Positions 37,003 through 47,337 of a DNA stretch of 57,780 nt are shown piece after piece (position 1 is the first letter of the stretch; the number at the start of each line of letters is the position of its first letter). The translations under genes were made by a program, and so were the position numbers. The stretch is from positions 1-57,780 of the IMG/VR virus record IMGVR_UViG_3300032308_000478. One strand, written 5' to 3'. Under the pieces are notes generated by a model. It did not search any database. It was not told the origin of the DNA and worked only from the letters and a program-made list of their open reading frames with translations. The stretch comes from a virus. Its lineage: Duplodnaviria; Caudoviricetes.

Positions 37003-38985
37003 ATGAACATCGGCGGTCTTCTGACACGTAGCTTTGGTACTGGTACGACGGCCTTCAATCAAGGTGAGCGGGACGCGCTCACGCGCATGCGCGACCGTCA
37101 GGCGTTCGTTGACGAAGAAGAAGCGCGGCGGCGTAGGGCGGTGGCTGAACAAGCTGCATATGCAGATTCGCTAGGCCCAGAAACTCCTTTTGCGGGTGTG
37201 CAGGGAGCGCTATCGGGTGTTCCCGGAGCCATGACATCCATGGCATTCAAAATGGGCACTCCTCCCCCCGCTGCTACTGGTGTTGGTGTTGCTGCTTCTG
37301 CTCCCGCCGCTGCCCCCACCGCCCCTGCTGGTGTTGCTCCTGCCGCTGCCCCTACTGCTGGTGTTACTGCTCCTGTTGCGCCTCTTCAGATAAAAGGCAG
37401 GACTGCCGGAAAACCGAAGTCAACCGCTGAACAGTATTATGATAAAGAAATTCTATCTACGCTAAATGTACTAGCCGATCATATGGCTAAGAAACCGCTG
37501 CGGATAGCCACCAAGTCGGAAGTACCGGGTGCCGGTCCTTCTATCGAATATAAAACATGGGACACAAAACGTCAGCAGTTGGAGGATAGGGTAAAGTCTC
37601 TGGAAGCTGGGAGGATCTCCGCTGCTCCTACCCCAGTAACGCGGGATACCACCGTTAGAACTGGGGAGCAGTTCAAAGAACTAGCTAGAGTTAATAGCCA
37701 AACTCCCGCAGCAAGGGTTTCTGCAGCTACGCAGCGTGCTTTTGCGACTACCTCCGAAGAGGCCATCAAGAATGTGCTGGGTCGCGAAGGTGGGTACGCT
37801 AACAACCCCGCTGACCGAGGCGGAGAGACCAAGTACGGCATCAGTAAAAGATCGTATCCAAATCTGGATATAGCCAACCTGACTAAGGAAGAAGCGGCTG
37901 CGATCTACAAGCGTGATTACTGGGACGGGATGAACATCGACCAACTCCCGCCTGAGATGCGCGAAGTGGTGTTTGATGCTGCGGTTAACCAAGGAAAAGG
38001 TTTCGCTAGTAAAGCTTTGCAACAATCCGGTATGGATCCGGCAAAATTCTTGGCGCTAAGAGAGCAACGCTACCGCGACATTGTTGCAAGAGACCCTAGC
38101 CAAGCGCAATTTACTGGCTGGTTTAATCGCGTTAATGAGTTCAAGGGAGTTACTACCCAACTCGGAGCTACTCCGTCTGCTGCATCCAATGCATATGTAC
38201 CTCCGGTCGAACAGGCAAAACCTGCCGATTACCGTAACGCTGTGCCAGTAGTAGATGCTGAATATAACCAGACGCTAGCGCTTAGGCAGGCTGCATACCA
38301 GAGGGCCGTACTAGCACGAGATGAGCAGGTACCCGAATTGTATGCGCAGTCGGTAGCAGAACTTCGACAGCTTGATATGAAGCTGGTGCACCTGCAAGGC
38401 ATGGTTGGTCTTGGAGATATTGTAGATGACCCGATGGCAACGCAAAGACTTTCGCAGGTGATATCCCACTATCGCGGGAAAGAACCGGGGTACTACATAC
38501 TCCAGCCGCGACCTGACGGTAAGTACAACGAGATCGTGAACGGAAGACTTTCCCAGCAGGGAATTACGCTTCAGGAAGTTATCGACAAAACTCGCATGAT
38601 GTTTGACCAATCCTACGCAGCGGCAGTGAACGCGACCCGTGCGGCGCAAAGCGAAGCTGCGATTAAGACTTTCTCTGAACTTCAGATACTGGCCGCTAAA
38701 TCTGGGTTCACTATCAACGAGAAACTGGCAGATAGACAAGCAGAAGCTTACATAGAAACACTAAAAGGAAACAATGCATACAGGCAGGCCGTTGAGGTTG
38801 CCCGTATAAACAACCAAGGTAAGACGGTTGATCCTAAGTTCTTCAATACCGCAGAAGGCGTCACGCTCATGAGCGTGGGTAATCAGTTGTTCAAAGTCCT
38901 TCTACAGGAAGACGGTAAGGGCGGTCAGGTTCCGGGCTCAGAATATCTAGCGCCTGTAACTGGCGGGCTCATGCCGACACAATAG
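37003..38985 (+). CDS. Ejection protein with a GH108 lysozyme domain
   Basis: EGGYANNPADRGGETKYGIS..A..IYKRDYW..FDAAVNQG..GWFNR. Confidence 0.88.
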   Translation: MNIGGLLTRSFGTGTTAFNQGERDALTRMRDRQAFVDEEEARRRRAVAEQAAYADSLGPETPFAGVQGALSGVPGAMTSMAFKMGTPPPAATGVGVAASAPAAAPTAPAGVAPAAAPTAGVTAPVAPLQIKGRTAGKPKSTAEQYYDKEILSTLNVLADHMAKKPLRIATKSEVPGAGPSIEYKTWDTKRQQLEDRVKSLEAGRISAAPTPVTRDTTVRTGEQFKELARVNSQTPAARVSAATQRAFATTSEEAIKNVLGREGGYANNPADRGGETKYGISKRSYPNLDIANLTKEEAAAIYKRDYWDGMNIDQLPPEMREVVFDAAVNQGKGFASKALQQSGMDPAKFLALREQRYRDIVARDPSQAQFTGWFNRVNEFKGVTTQLGATPSAASNAYVPPVEQAKPADYRNAVPVVDAEYNQTLALRQAAYQRAVLARDEQVPELYAQSVAELRQLDMKLVHLQGMVGLGDIVDDPMATQRLSQVISHYRGKEPGYYILQPRPDGKYNEIVNGRLSQQGITLQEVIDKTRMMFDQSYAAAVNATRAAQSEAAIKTFSELQILAAKSGFTINEKLADRQAEAYIETLKGNNAYRQAVEVARINNQGKTVDPKFFNTAEGVTLMSVGNQLFKVLLQEDGKGGQVPGSEYLAPVTGGLMPTQ

Positions 38986-38994
38986 GAGGGGCTG

Positions 38995-41900
38995 TTGCCA
39001 CCTAATACGCCTACGCTCCCGTCTCTCGACCAGACACTGCTGGATATCCGTGTACCGGGGCGCGTGCAAACGCCCACCGCAGGCGTTGGCTTGCAGAACC
39101 TTGCGCCGTCTTCTGCTGACCCAATGATCAACCTTCGTCGCATGGCGGAGGAGTCAACTAGATCTCTGGAAAGCCTGCGCGCTGCCCCAGCGCAGACGGA
39201 AAAGCAACCGTTCCAAGTTCAGTATGGTCCGCAAATTGGGTACAGTCCGTCTACTGGTAAGATCGGCGTCAACGGGTTTGTCTTCAACAAAGACGACTAC
39301 GCCAACGCTCTTGAGTCAGAGAAATACTTAGGCGGCGCACCGCAGGCACTTCCGCGTAACGAAGTAGCAGACTGGGTTCCGCTCAGCCAGAACGCTTACA
39401 GCGCCCTGCTCAAGAACATAAGAGAGCCCGGCATCGGCGATCTGTTCATGCGCAACGTGGACATTGGGTTCGCGGGATCTCAGCAGCTGCTGGGGTCTGG
39501 CCTGCAACTGGTTGGCGCGGAGAAGCTTGGGTCTGATATCGCAGGCGGTGCGCAGCAGAGACTGGACCAGCTGTCTCCCTTCCAGCGTGAGTTCACTAGC
39601 ATCCAAGACGCTGGTGATGTAGGCGAGTTCCTTATCGCTACGTTTGGACAGTTCACGCCGTCTGTGCTTGAAGCAGTTGTGACCGGTGGCGTAGGCTCTA
39701 TCGCTGGCAAGACTATTGCAAAACAACTCCTGTCCAAGGAAGCCAAAAAGCAGTTCTCCAAGGACGTGCTGGCATACCAAGCCGCCAAGAAGGCTAAAGA
39801 TACTGCAACGATGAAGGCGCTTGGGCCTGCCGTCAGGGAGAAGGCCGGGTACTATGGAGCGCTAGTCCTTAACGGACTCAACAGCTACCGTATGGGTGCG
39901 TCGGATGTGTACGGCGAACTGCGCCAGCAGGGTGTCGATCCCAACGACGTGAACGCCAAGATGGCGGCACTGGCATACGGCCTGCCCTATGGTGCGCTTG
40001 AAGCACTACCTGAGTTCTTCGCATTCAATAAGATACTCAACCCAAAATATGCGGTTACTACTCCTTCACTGGCGCGACGTGTTGCGTCAGGTACTGCCAT
40101 CGGTGGACTGGGTGGCGGTGCGACCGAAGCAGGCCAAGAAGCCATCCTCATGGCAGCTGGCGAACAGGTCGCTGACGCTGACTACTCTGACGAGTATGCC
40201 AAACGTCTGGTAAATTCGTTTGCTGCAGGCGCTGCCTTCGGTGGCCCTGTCGGCGGAGCGATCAATGCTCTTGCTCCTGTCAACCTTCTCAAGACGCCGC
40301 CTGCGCCTGCGGCTGCTGCACCGCCAAGACTAGCAGAAAACGCGCCCGTAGGTACGCAGGGGGAATTGTTTGGCGGTACAGAACTTGGCAAGGCTCCGGG
40401 TCAGATGGAGCTTTTCCCCGGTGCGGATCTAGGTACCGCGCCTGCGCCTGTTGGCCCTACACAACTGGATCTGTTCGCACCCTCGCCCGCTGTCCCAACA
40501 GCCGGGCTTACTGCTCCATTTGTAGACTACACTGCGCAACGTGAACTGGATCTTGGGCCTCCCTTCGGTCCCGATAGTTTCCCTCGTCCCTCAGGTATGC
40601 CACGTGAAGCTGGTGCCGGGTTCGACGCTGCCGCTGTTCCTGTTGCCCCGCCTGTTGCTGCCGCTGCGCCTGTTGTCGCGCCTGTTGGTACGCAGATGGA
40701 GATGTTTGCGCCTGAGGGTCTCGGCCAGACTACTGCTCTGCCTCCTGCTCCGCAGCCGGTCGTATCTCCTATTCCTAGCTCGGCGTTGGGCGGGCAGCGG
40801 GAGATGTTCAGCTATCAGCCATCATCCGGTACAATCAGGCGCAACAGGTTGCAGCAGCGACCGCCCATAAGCTTCCCCAACGATCCTTATCGAGTTAGCC
40901 CTAATATCCTGAGCCGTCCGCAGCGGCAACAAGAGCCGCCCCCGGCCCCTGTCGTACCCCCCACTGCGCCCGCTGGTCCCACTGGTCCTGCACGCGGAGC
41001 CGCCAAGATTAAAACAGCTGGGAAAAAGTCCGCTGCTGCTTCTAAACCTGCCGCTGCGCCTAAGCCTGCTGCGTCTGAGGCTACGGCACTAGACGATGCG
41101 CGTGCCATGGTAAAAGACGTTACTGCCCCTGGTAAGCTACCAAACAGAGAGCGGCTGAAGAACTTGGCTGCTAAACTGAAAATCAAAACCACTAAGAGAG
41201 ACACAAGAGAAGATATATACCGCCGTATAGAAGAGGCGGTTGCTTCTTTCGAACCCGCTCCGCCGCCTACGCCGCCCACCGGTAAAAAACCCGTACCCAA
41301 AAACTTGAAGCAAGGTTCGGCAAAAGCGAAAGCTGCTGCGTCTAAACCTGCTGCGTCCAAAAAAGAAACACTGCAGAAAGGACCTAAAGGTGCCGCAGTA
41401 GATGAAAACGATGGCGCTGTTAGAGTCGAGCGAGACAAAGGGCTGCGTTATGTAGAATACCAAACTTCAGTAGCAGATATAAACGAGCGTCTGCAATTTG
41501 CTATTGCAGATTCTGATAACGCTGTCCGCCTGTTTGCTAAGAACCCTGCGGCTGCTATCCGTAGCATTTCGCAACATATCACAGCGGCTGTCGGTGAAAA
41601 AAAATACGCAGTTTCCAATACGCTTAAAAAACTCAAAACAGATTTTGAAAATCTTGAAGCTCGTGCCCGCGAAGCTCGTGCCCGCACTGGTGAAACCACT
41701 AACGTATTGAAACAAGAATTTGAAAAACTTGTTGAGCAAGTAAAAACTGAATACGCTGCGTTTAGAGAGAGAGAGGCAGACCTTGTCCCTAAAGAGCCAA
41801 GCCCAACGACGGTGGCTGGAACAAAACAACCCGCAGCTGCTGGAGCAACTGCTGGCAGAGGGCGAGCAGCTGAGCCTGCCGGAGCGAGCACCGCCAAAGA

Positions 41901-44900
41901 AGGACCTGCAGAGGATAAAGGGGTTTCCAAAAAGCCGACTGTTCGGGAAATCAAAACTGTAGAACAAGCGCAAGCTGTCTTCAAAGAACTTGTCGCCACG
42001 GACTTCCCTAAGACAGACGTGACTAAGATTGAGGAGTTTAAGGCTGCGGCCAAGAAACTTATCGAGTTTGTTTTCTTGGCTTCTACGCTGGAAACAAACT
42101 CAGGCAAACGCAAAGCAATAAAGGAAAAGCAGGAAGAAATTTCTGCAGCATTTAGGGTTATGGATGCCAGCAACAGGCAGGCGTTCAACGAAGTATTTGC
42201 GGATGTTATAAACAACCAAGACAAAAAATCCGTAGACGCAATTTATAAAACCGGTGCTCAAACTGGACAGGTTCGTCCGTGGTACGCCTATGCAGTTTCA
42301 CACGATATAAAGCTAACTATCCGTATCAATATGCAGGACAGGGCGAACGCAGCCCTTGCTTCTACTATTAATAAGTTCAACACGGAAGCGTCTGCGGTAG
42401 ATCCTGCCACCCCTAAGACTGCGCCTGCGGCAGTTGCCGAGTCTGTCGATGAACCTGCGCCCGCAAAGAACGCCAAGTACATCGAAGCCGTAGGTGCCCT
42501 ACCCGACACCGATAGACCGGGCCTTGTTAAACTGGCGCAAAATTATGTAAGAAACGGAGTCATAACCAAAGAGCAGTTTGACAAGCTCATAAAAGAAAGC
42601 GAGGGTCTAAAAGACGCTCTACTGGAGGTACTAGGTACCGCCCGGTTCATCCGCAATGACGGCACAGCACTCCCTATTAACAAGGGCGTTGATTTCCTCA
42701 AGGCCAAGGCCACGGTCACCAAGATCGTCAACGGGTTCAAGGTCAAGCCCAAGGTCCACGTATACATAAACATCCAGAACCTGAAGCTCAGCAACCCGGA
42801 ACTCTATGAGCGGGCGCGGCGGGCGCGTAGCGCACCGGAGGAGTTCGAGTCCGGTAACTTTGATGGGTATGCGTTTGGTAATGATATCATCATCCTTACC
42901 AGCAAGATACAGACTGATACGCATCTCAAGACAGTTCTGGCACACGAGACGCTGGGTCACTTCGGCCTGCGCTCTATCTTCTCTGATGCTGACCTGACCA
43001 CCCTGCTGACTGAAGTACTTGCGACTGACCGCAGGCTTCGGAGCAAGGCGCGGGAGAAGGCCTTTCTATACAAGATAGATGAGATTGAGGCGGCTGAAGA
43101 AGCACTCAGTGACATTGCTGCGCAGCTTGAGAACAACACACTACTCAAAGTGTGGAACGCCATCAAGGACGCACTCAACCTGATTGGCATCAAGTTCGGC
43201 GACGAGATGGCACGCTACCTCATCCGGCTCGCAGGGCGTTACGTCAAGAAGGGCGAAGAAGCCCCGGCCACTGTGTTCAACGTAGCTACGATACGCGCCA
43301 ACATGAGTGATTTGGCAATTGAAGGTGCCATCGGGCGCTTCTCTGCCAGCCCGCTTCCGGCTGTCAGTCCTACGCTTGCGTACAGTGCAGCGTTTGACGC
43401 CGCCGTTGCTGGTGCGGTGGATCTGCAGAAAAAGTATAGCCAAGGCAAAACACTGCTCCCGCGTTCCACGGCAGCGGCTGTTAAAGGCAGTCGTAACATA
43501 TGGCGGAAAGTGCAGTCACGTACTGCGAAAGTCTCGGAAGCTATCCAGTCACTGGATAGTAAGGGCGATCTCAGTGAGGGTCTAGCCAAGCTGTATAAGC
43601 TATTCCAAGACCAAGCAAATAACACGCAACGTCTTATCCAGAAGTACATGGACATGCTGAAGTTCAGCGTGACAGATTCATATGCTACGGAGGAAGAACG
43701 TCTTCAAGCTGGTAAGATGGCGTCCCATTACACGCTATACCGGCAGAACCTTCTGCGTAAGACAGTCAGCATAGACGAACTTGCCAAGGGGGTGCGCAAG
43801 GCGGTTGCGGATGAGGCAGGCAAGCCTGTCACTGAAGACATGCAGAAGACGCTTGATACTGCTAAGATTGTACTGAAGGCGCTGAATGCTAACGAAGAGT
43901 TCGTCAATCTGGATGGCGATGGACTGCCTGTTGCCGACACTGATCTGGACAGCGACAAAAAACAGAAAGGCATCAAGAATACCACGCTCCTCAGAAGGGT
44001 AGCTCGCGAGCTTGGTGTTGAAGTTCGTACAGTGCAGGGCGATCTCGCCAAAATCGGTCCGCTTGGAAACATGGACAGCGGCATCTTCGTCTTTAATACG
44101 GACAACTTGAACAAGATTACCAGCTTTGTCGAACCTGACATCAATCTGTTTAGGAAAGGGTTCGACGCACTGGTAACTGAAGATGCAATGGCAGCAAACA
44201 TCAAGCCGGTAACGCTGAAGTTTGAGGCTATGCCTGACCTTACGAAGGACAGTAAGGAATGGATTATGTTCAAGGAACTGCTCACGGTTGAGCAGGAGAA
44301 AGCCAAGGACCTTCTGCAATCCAAGTACGAAAGATACATTGAATATCTTGACGAGATGAAACGAAAACTTGGTCTTATCAAGTCAACGGTTCCGATTGGC
44401 CAGCGCGAAATCGATTTCTTCTTTGATGTCAAAAACAAGTATCTCGAAATCATTCACCTGTCGCAGGCTAAGGACGGCACTGTCACACGCATAGATACGC
44501 CAACCGCCAGAACACTTAGGAATGGCGATCAGTTTTTTGTCGAAGTTCTTAAGGCGCTACACAGCAAGCCCAAGCTCAATGACTGGAAAGGCATCAAACG
44601 CGATGCTGCAGGCGACCAAATAGAAATCGCAGAAAAGTATATTACAGGTCCGCTTAAAACTGCGGTTGGTATTGATGATAAGTTCATAGCAGAACTTGAA
44701 CACATGAACACGCTTGGCATCAGCCAAGAGACCCAGATAAAGTACATCAATCCGTTGTATGCGGATCATGCTGTTCTTAGTACGGCTATATATAATGCAG
44801 AAGAACGGGCAAAGAACACGATTGCCATGGGCTATGTCCCGCTCATGCGCCGTGGGAACTGGGAAGTCAGGCTTGAAGCATACGACCCCAGTACGGATAG

Positions 44901-47337
44901 AGCAATTGAAACAGGCAAAGGGATCAAATCCCTGCTTCCCTATTTCATGGTGGCTGATGAAGCCGCAGCCAACGACATGGCCTATCTTCTCAAAGAGCCT
45001 TTCGAAAATCAGGAGTTCCTGTTCGAAACGGGAGAGCCTCCGCTGGCAGGAGAGCCAGCGCCCACAACTAAAATCAAGTTCCGCGTAGTAACTTCAGAGA
45101 AAGGCAAGCTTCCGCCGCTCGGTAGCTCCGTGGATTTCGGCGACTTCCTGCGAACGCTTCTGCGCATGAACATTGATCTTAACCCTGATCAGAAAGAAGC
45201 TATCATCCAAGCCATGACGGCGCAGGAATCTGCTGCCCGCCGCAACATGCTGCGTTCTGGTACGGTTGGTTGGAACCCGGATATCGTACAGAGCGTAACT
45301 ACTGACGTGCAGACGGGCGCGCATGTAGCCAGCGGTGATCGGTACTCTCATCGCACCGACGAGATCATGTCGAACCGCGACAACTGGTACGGCAGTGAGA
45401 AGCAACTTAGAGATCTGCGTACTGCATGGGAATCAGCCAAGGCCAGCGGCAATGCAGCTTTGGCCCATATAGCGCACGAGAACTACTCTAGATATGCATA
45501 CCGCTTTGTCCACATGGCGGGCAAACGCCCTAACTCTCCTAACAAAATCAAGTTCTGGAAGGCTGACGGTACAACGATAGACATAGAGACGTTGGGTGAA
45601 GGTGAACGCTTCAGAGACGATGGCAAGAAACTGCTCAACTACTACCAGCGGTCGGATAACATCATTGACCCGACTGAAGGCATCCTGACTGAACAGGGCG
45701 GCGCGTTGAAGAACGCAGCTGTCTTTCTGCAACTGAGTTTGAACGTGTCTTCCGGTCTGGTTCAGGCCATTACGCTTCCGTTCAACGTCATCCCGTATCT
45801 CTCCTTCTATAATCCGAAGCGCGGTTATGGCGGCGGGTTCGGCCTTGTCGCGTCAACGTTGGAGATATTCAGCGCAATTGGGAATGTAGCAAACCCGCTC
45901 AAGCAAGAAGCATTGCAAGACGCTGCAGCTCTTCGCAGTATGATAGAGAACAACGAGTATGGAAGTTACGGCCTTACGCTCGACGAAGCGTTCATGTTTC
46001 TCGGACAGGCTGAGAGTGGCAACCTTCTTCCGGCACAGACCAACACCCTGCTGCATACGTCCCGCAGCGGTGTCAGCCGAGGACTTCCCGCCCAGATACT
46101 CAAGGTGTCGATGTCGTTCTTCAGCTGGATGGAGCGGACCGTCCGTATGGTAACTGCTCTTGCAGCTTACAGGCTCTACAAGCAGCGAGCGATTGCAGCA
46201 AAGATTGACGGCGGTATCTTTAATACAAAGAACATAAACGAACTCAATACCAGCCAAGTATATAAGGATGTCTACGAAAGCACCGGCCAAGCGGTCATCA
46301 AGACCAACGGTGACTACAACCAATACAACAGACCAGAACTTTTCCGTAACCACTTCACCCAGTACATCTTTATGTACCGGATGCCGCAAGTTGTGACGAT
46401 GCAGATGGCTGCTGCTCTTCCGATAAAAGGACAGATAACTTTTGCCGCTACTATCATTATACTGGCCGGTATAGCGGCTCTCCCCGGAGCCGAAGACCTG
46501 TTCGACATCGCGGATACAATTATCCAGTTCTTTAAGCTCCCGATCCCAAGTGTTGAAGCTGAGATTGCTAATCTCCTGAACAACGTCACGGGTGGGCACG
46601 GCAGGATACTTATGAACGGCATCCTTAACGAAGCCGGGTTCAACGTGTCGAGCAAGATATCAATGGGAGATATCCTGCCGGGTTCAGGAATGTTCCGCGC
46701 AGGGGCTGATCCGGGTCGAGAGCTGATGCAGCTGGCGGGGCCGGTGTTCTCGGCTATGCACGGTACGTTGAATACAGGTTTCCAGTTGGCGCACTGGGGC
46801 GTGGCCAGCACTGGACTTACTGACAAGACCATGACGCTGCCTGAGATCCTGAGGAACTCGCCGTCCTCTGCCGTCAAAGGTTGGGTTGACAGCCTGACTT
46901 ACCTGAACGATGGCAGGATCACCGACGCCAAGGGTAAGGTTATCTCCGAGGATGTCTCAACGGAAGTTATACTTGCGCGTATGCTCGGGTTCTTCCCGGC
47001 AGAATCTGCACAAACTAACCGGGTCATCCGTCTCAGTCAGTATACAGCAGACTATGCCAAGGCAATCGCTGGAGGTTACCGCTCTGCCTATGTCCAAGCA
47101 TATGTACGCAAGGATTTCGCCCGCATGCGGGAGATCGCCAATGATGTGCGGGAATGGAACAAGAGCGCTAAAGACACGCCGTTCTTCATCAAGGACTTCG
47201 AAGAGCGGGCGAGGAAGGCCGGTAAAGAAGCGTCCATCCCCGCCGCTGCACGTTACCTCAAGGTTGCACCGGATTCGTCCGAGGCTATGGTCAATGATCT
47301 GATCAGCATCTATGGGCTGGAAGATGGCACAGGTTGA
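38995..47337 (+). CDS. Giant (2780 aa) ejection/polyvalent protein with a zincin-like motif
   Basis: TTG start after AGGAGG; AHETLGHFGL motif with a downstream EEA; last gene of the virion operon. Confidence 0.85.
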   Translation: MPPNTPTLPSLDQTLLDIRVPGRVQTPTAGVGLQNLAPSSADPMINLRRMAEESTRSLESLRAAPAQTEKQPFQVQYGPQIGYSPSTGKIGVNGFVFNKDDYANALESEKYLGGAPQALPRNEVADWVPLSQNAYSALLKNIREPGIGDLFMRNVDIGFAGSQQLLGSGLQLVGAEKLGSDIAGGAQQRLDQLSPFQREFTSIQDAGDVGEFLIATFGQFTPSVLEAVVTGGVGSIAGKTIAKQLLSKEAKKQFSKDVLAYQAAKKAKDTATMKALGPAVREKAGYYGALVLNGLNSYRMGASDVYGELRQQGVDPNDVNAKMAALAYGLPYGALEALPEFFAFNKILNPKYAVTTPSLARRVASGTAIGGLGGGATEAGQEAILMAAGEQVADADYSDEYAKRLVNSFAAGAAFGGPVGGAINALAPVNLLKTPPAPAAAAPPRLAENAPVGTQGELFGGTELGKAPGQMELFPGADLGTAPAPVGPTQLDLFAPSPAVPTAGLTAPFVDYTAQRELDLGPPFGPDSFPRPSGMPREAGAGFDAAAVPVAPPVAAAAPVVAPVGTQMEMFAPEGLGQTTALPPAPQPVVSPIPSSALGGQREMFSYQPSSGTIRRNRLQQRPPISFPNDPYRVSPNILSRPQRQQEPPPAPVVPPTAPAGPTGPARGAAKIKTAGKKSAAASKPAAAPKPAASEATALDDARAMVKDVTAPGKLPNRERLKNLAAKLKIKTTKRDTREDIYRRIEEAVASFEPAPPPTPPTGKKPVPKNLKQGSAKAKAAASKPAASKKETLQKGPKGAAVDENDGAVRVERDKGLRYVEYQTSVADINERLQFAIADSDNAVRLFAKNPAAAIRSISQHITAAVGEKKYAVSNTLKKLKTDFENLEARAREARARTGETTNVLKQEFEKLVEQVKTEYAAFREREADLVPKEPSPTTVAGTKQPAAAGATAGRGRAAEPAGASTAKEGPAEDKGVSKKPTVREIKTVEQAQAVFKELVATDFPKTDVTKIEEFKAAAKKLIEFVFLASTLETNSGKRKAIKEKQEEISAAFRVMDASNRQAFNEVFADVINNQDKKSVDAIYKTGAQTGQVRPWYAYAVSHDIKLTIRINMQDRANAALASTINKFNTEASAVDPATPKTAPAAVAESVDEPAPAKNAKYIEAVGALPDTDRPGLVKLAQNYVRNGVITKEQFDKLIKESEGLKDALLEVLGTARFIRNDGTALPINKGVDFLKAKATVTKIVNGFKVKPKVHVYINIQNLKLSNPELYERARRARSAPEEFESGNFDGYAFGNDIIILTSKIQTDTHLKTVLAHETLGHFGLRSIFSDADLTTLLTEVLATDRRLRSKAREKAFLYKIDEIEAAEEALSDIAAQLENNTLLKVWNAIKDALNLIGIKFGDEMARYLIRLAGRYVKKGEEAPATVFNVATIRANMSDLAIEGAIGRFSASPLPAVSPTLAYSAAFDAAVAGAVDLQKKYSQGKTLLPRSTAAAVKGSRNIWRKVQSRTAKVSEAIQSLDSKGDLSEGLAKLYKLFQDQANNTQRLIQKYMDMLKFSVTDSYATEEERLQAGKMASHYTLYRQNLLRKTVSIDELAKGVRKAVADEAGKPVTEDMQKTLDTAKIVLKALNANEEFVNLDGDGLPVADTDLDSDKKQKGIKNTTLLRRVARELGVEVRTVQGDLAKIGPLGNMDSGIFVFNTDNLNKITSFVEPDINLFRKGFDALVTEDAMAANIKPVTLKFEAMPDLTKDSKEWIMFKELLTVEQEKAKDLLQSKYERYIEYLDEMKRKLGLIKSTVPIGQREIDFFFDVKNKYLEIIHLSQAKDGTVTRIDTPTARTLRNGDQFFVEVLKALHSKPKLNDWKGIKRDAAGDQIEIAEKYITGPLKTAVGIDDKFIAELEHMNTLGISQETQIKYINPLYADHAVLSTAIYNAEERAKNTIAMGYVPLMRRGNWEVRLEAYDPSTDRAIETGKGIKSLLPYFMVADEAAANDMAYLLKEPFENQEFLFETGEPPLAGEPAPTTKIKFRVVTSEKGKLPPLGSSVDFGDFLRTLLRMNIDLNPDQKEAIIQAMTAQESAARRNMLRSGTVGWNPDIVQSVTTDVQTGAHVASGDRYSHRTDEIMSNRDNWYGSEKQLRDLRTAWESAKASGNAALAHIAHENYSRYAYRFVHMAGKRPNSPNKIKFWKADGTTIDIETLGEGERFRDDGKKLLNYYQRSDNIIDPTEGILTEQGGALKNAAVFLQLSLNVSSGLVQAITLPFNVIPYLSFYNPKRGYGGGFGLVASTLEIFSAIGNVANPLKQEALQDAAALRSMIENNEYGSYGLTLDEAFMFLGQAESGNLLPAQTNTLLHTSRSGVSRGLPAQILKVSMSFFSWMERTVRMVTALAAYRLYKQRAIAAKIDGGIFNTKNINELNTSQVYKDVYESTGQAVIKTNGDYNQYNRPELFRNHFTQYIFMYRMPQVVTMQMAAALPIKGQITFAATIIILAGIAALPGAEDLFDIADTIIQFFKLPIPSVEAEIANLLNNVTGGHGRILMNGILNEAGFNVSSKISMGDILPGSGMFRAGADPGRELMQLAGPVFSAMHGTLNTGFQLAHWGVASTGLTDKTMTLPEILRNSPSSAVKGWVDSLTYLNDGRITDAKGKVISEDVSTEVILARMLGFFPAESAQTNRVIRLSQYTADYAKAIAGGYRSAYVQAYVRKDFARMREIANDVREWNKSAKDTPFFIKDFEERARKAGKEASIPAAARYLKVAPDSSEAMVNDLISIYGLEDGTG

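Noticed and set aside
41656-41685. 15-bp tandem duplication GAAGCTCGTGCCCGC
   Set aside because: In-frame EARAR duplication in a coiled coil; no sign of function
40887-46877. Long minus-strand ORFs inside the giant gene and similar shadow ORFs elsewhere
   Set aside because: Antisense shadows of codon-biased real genes, with no motifs or RBS
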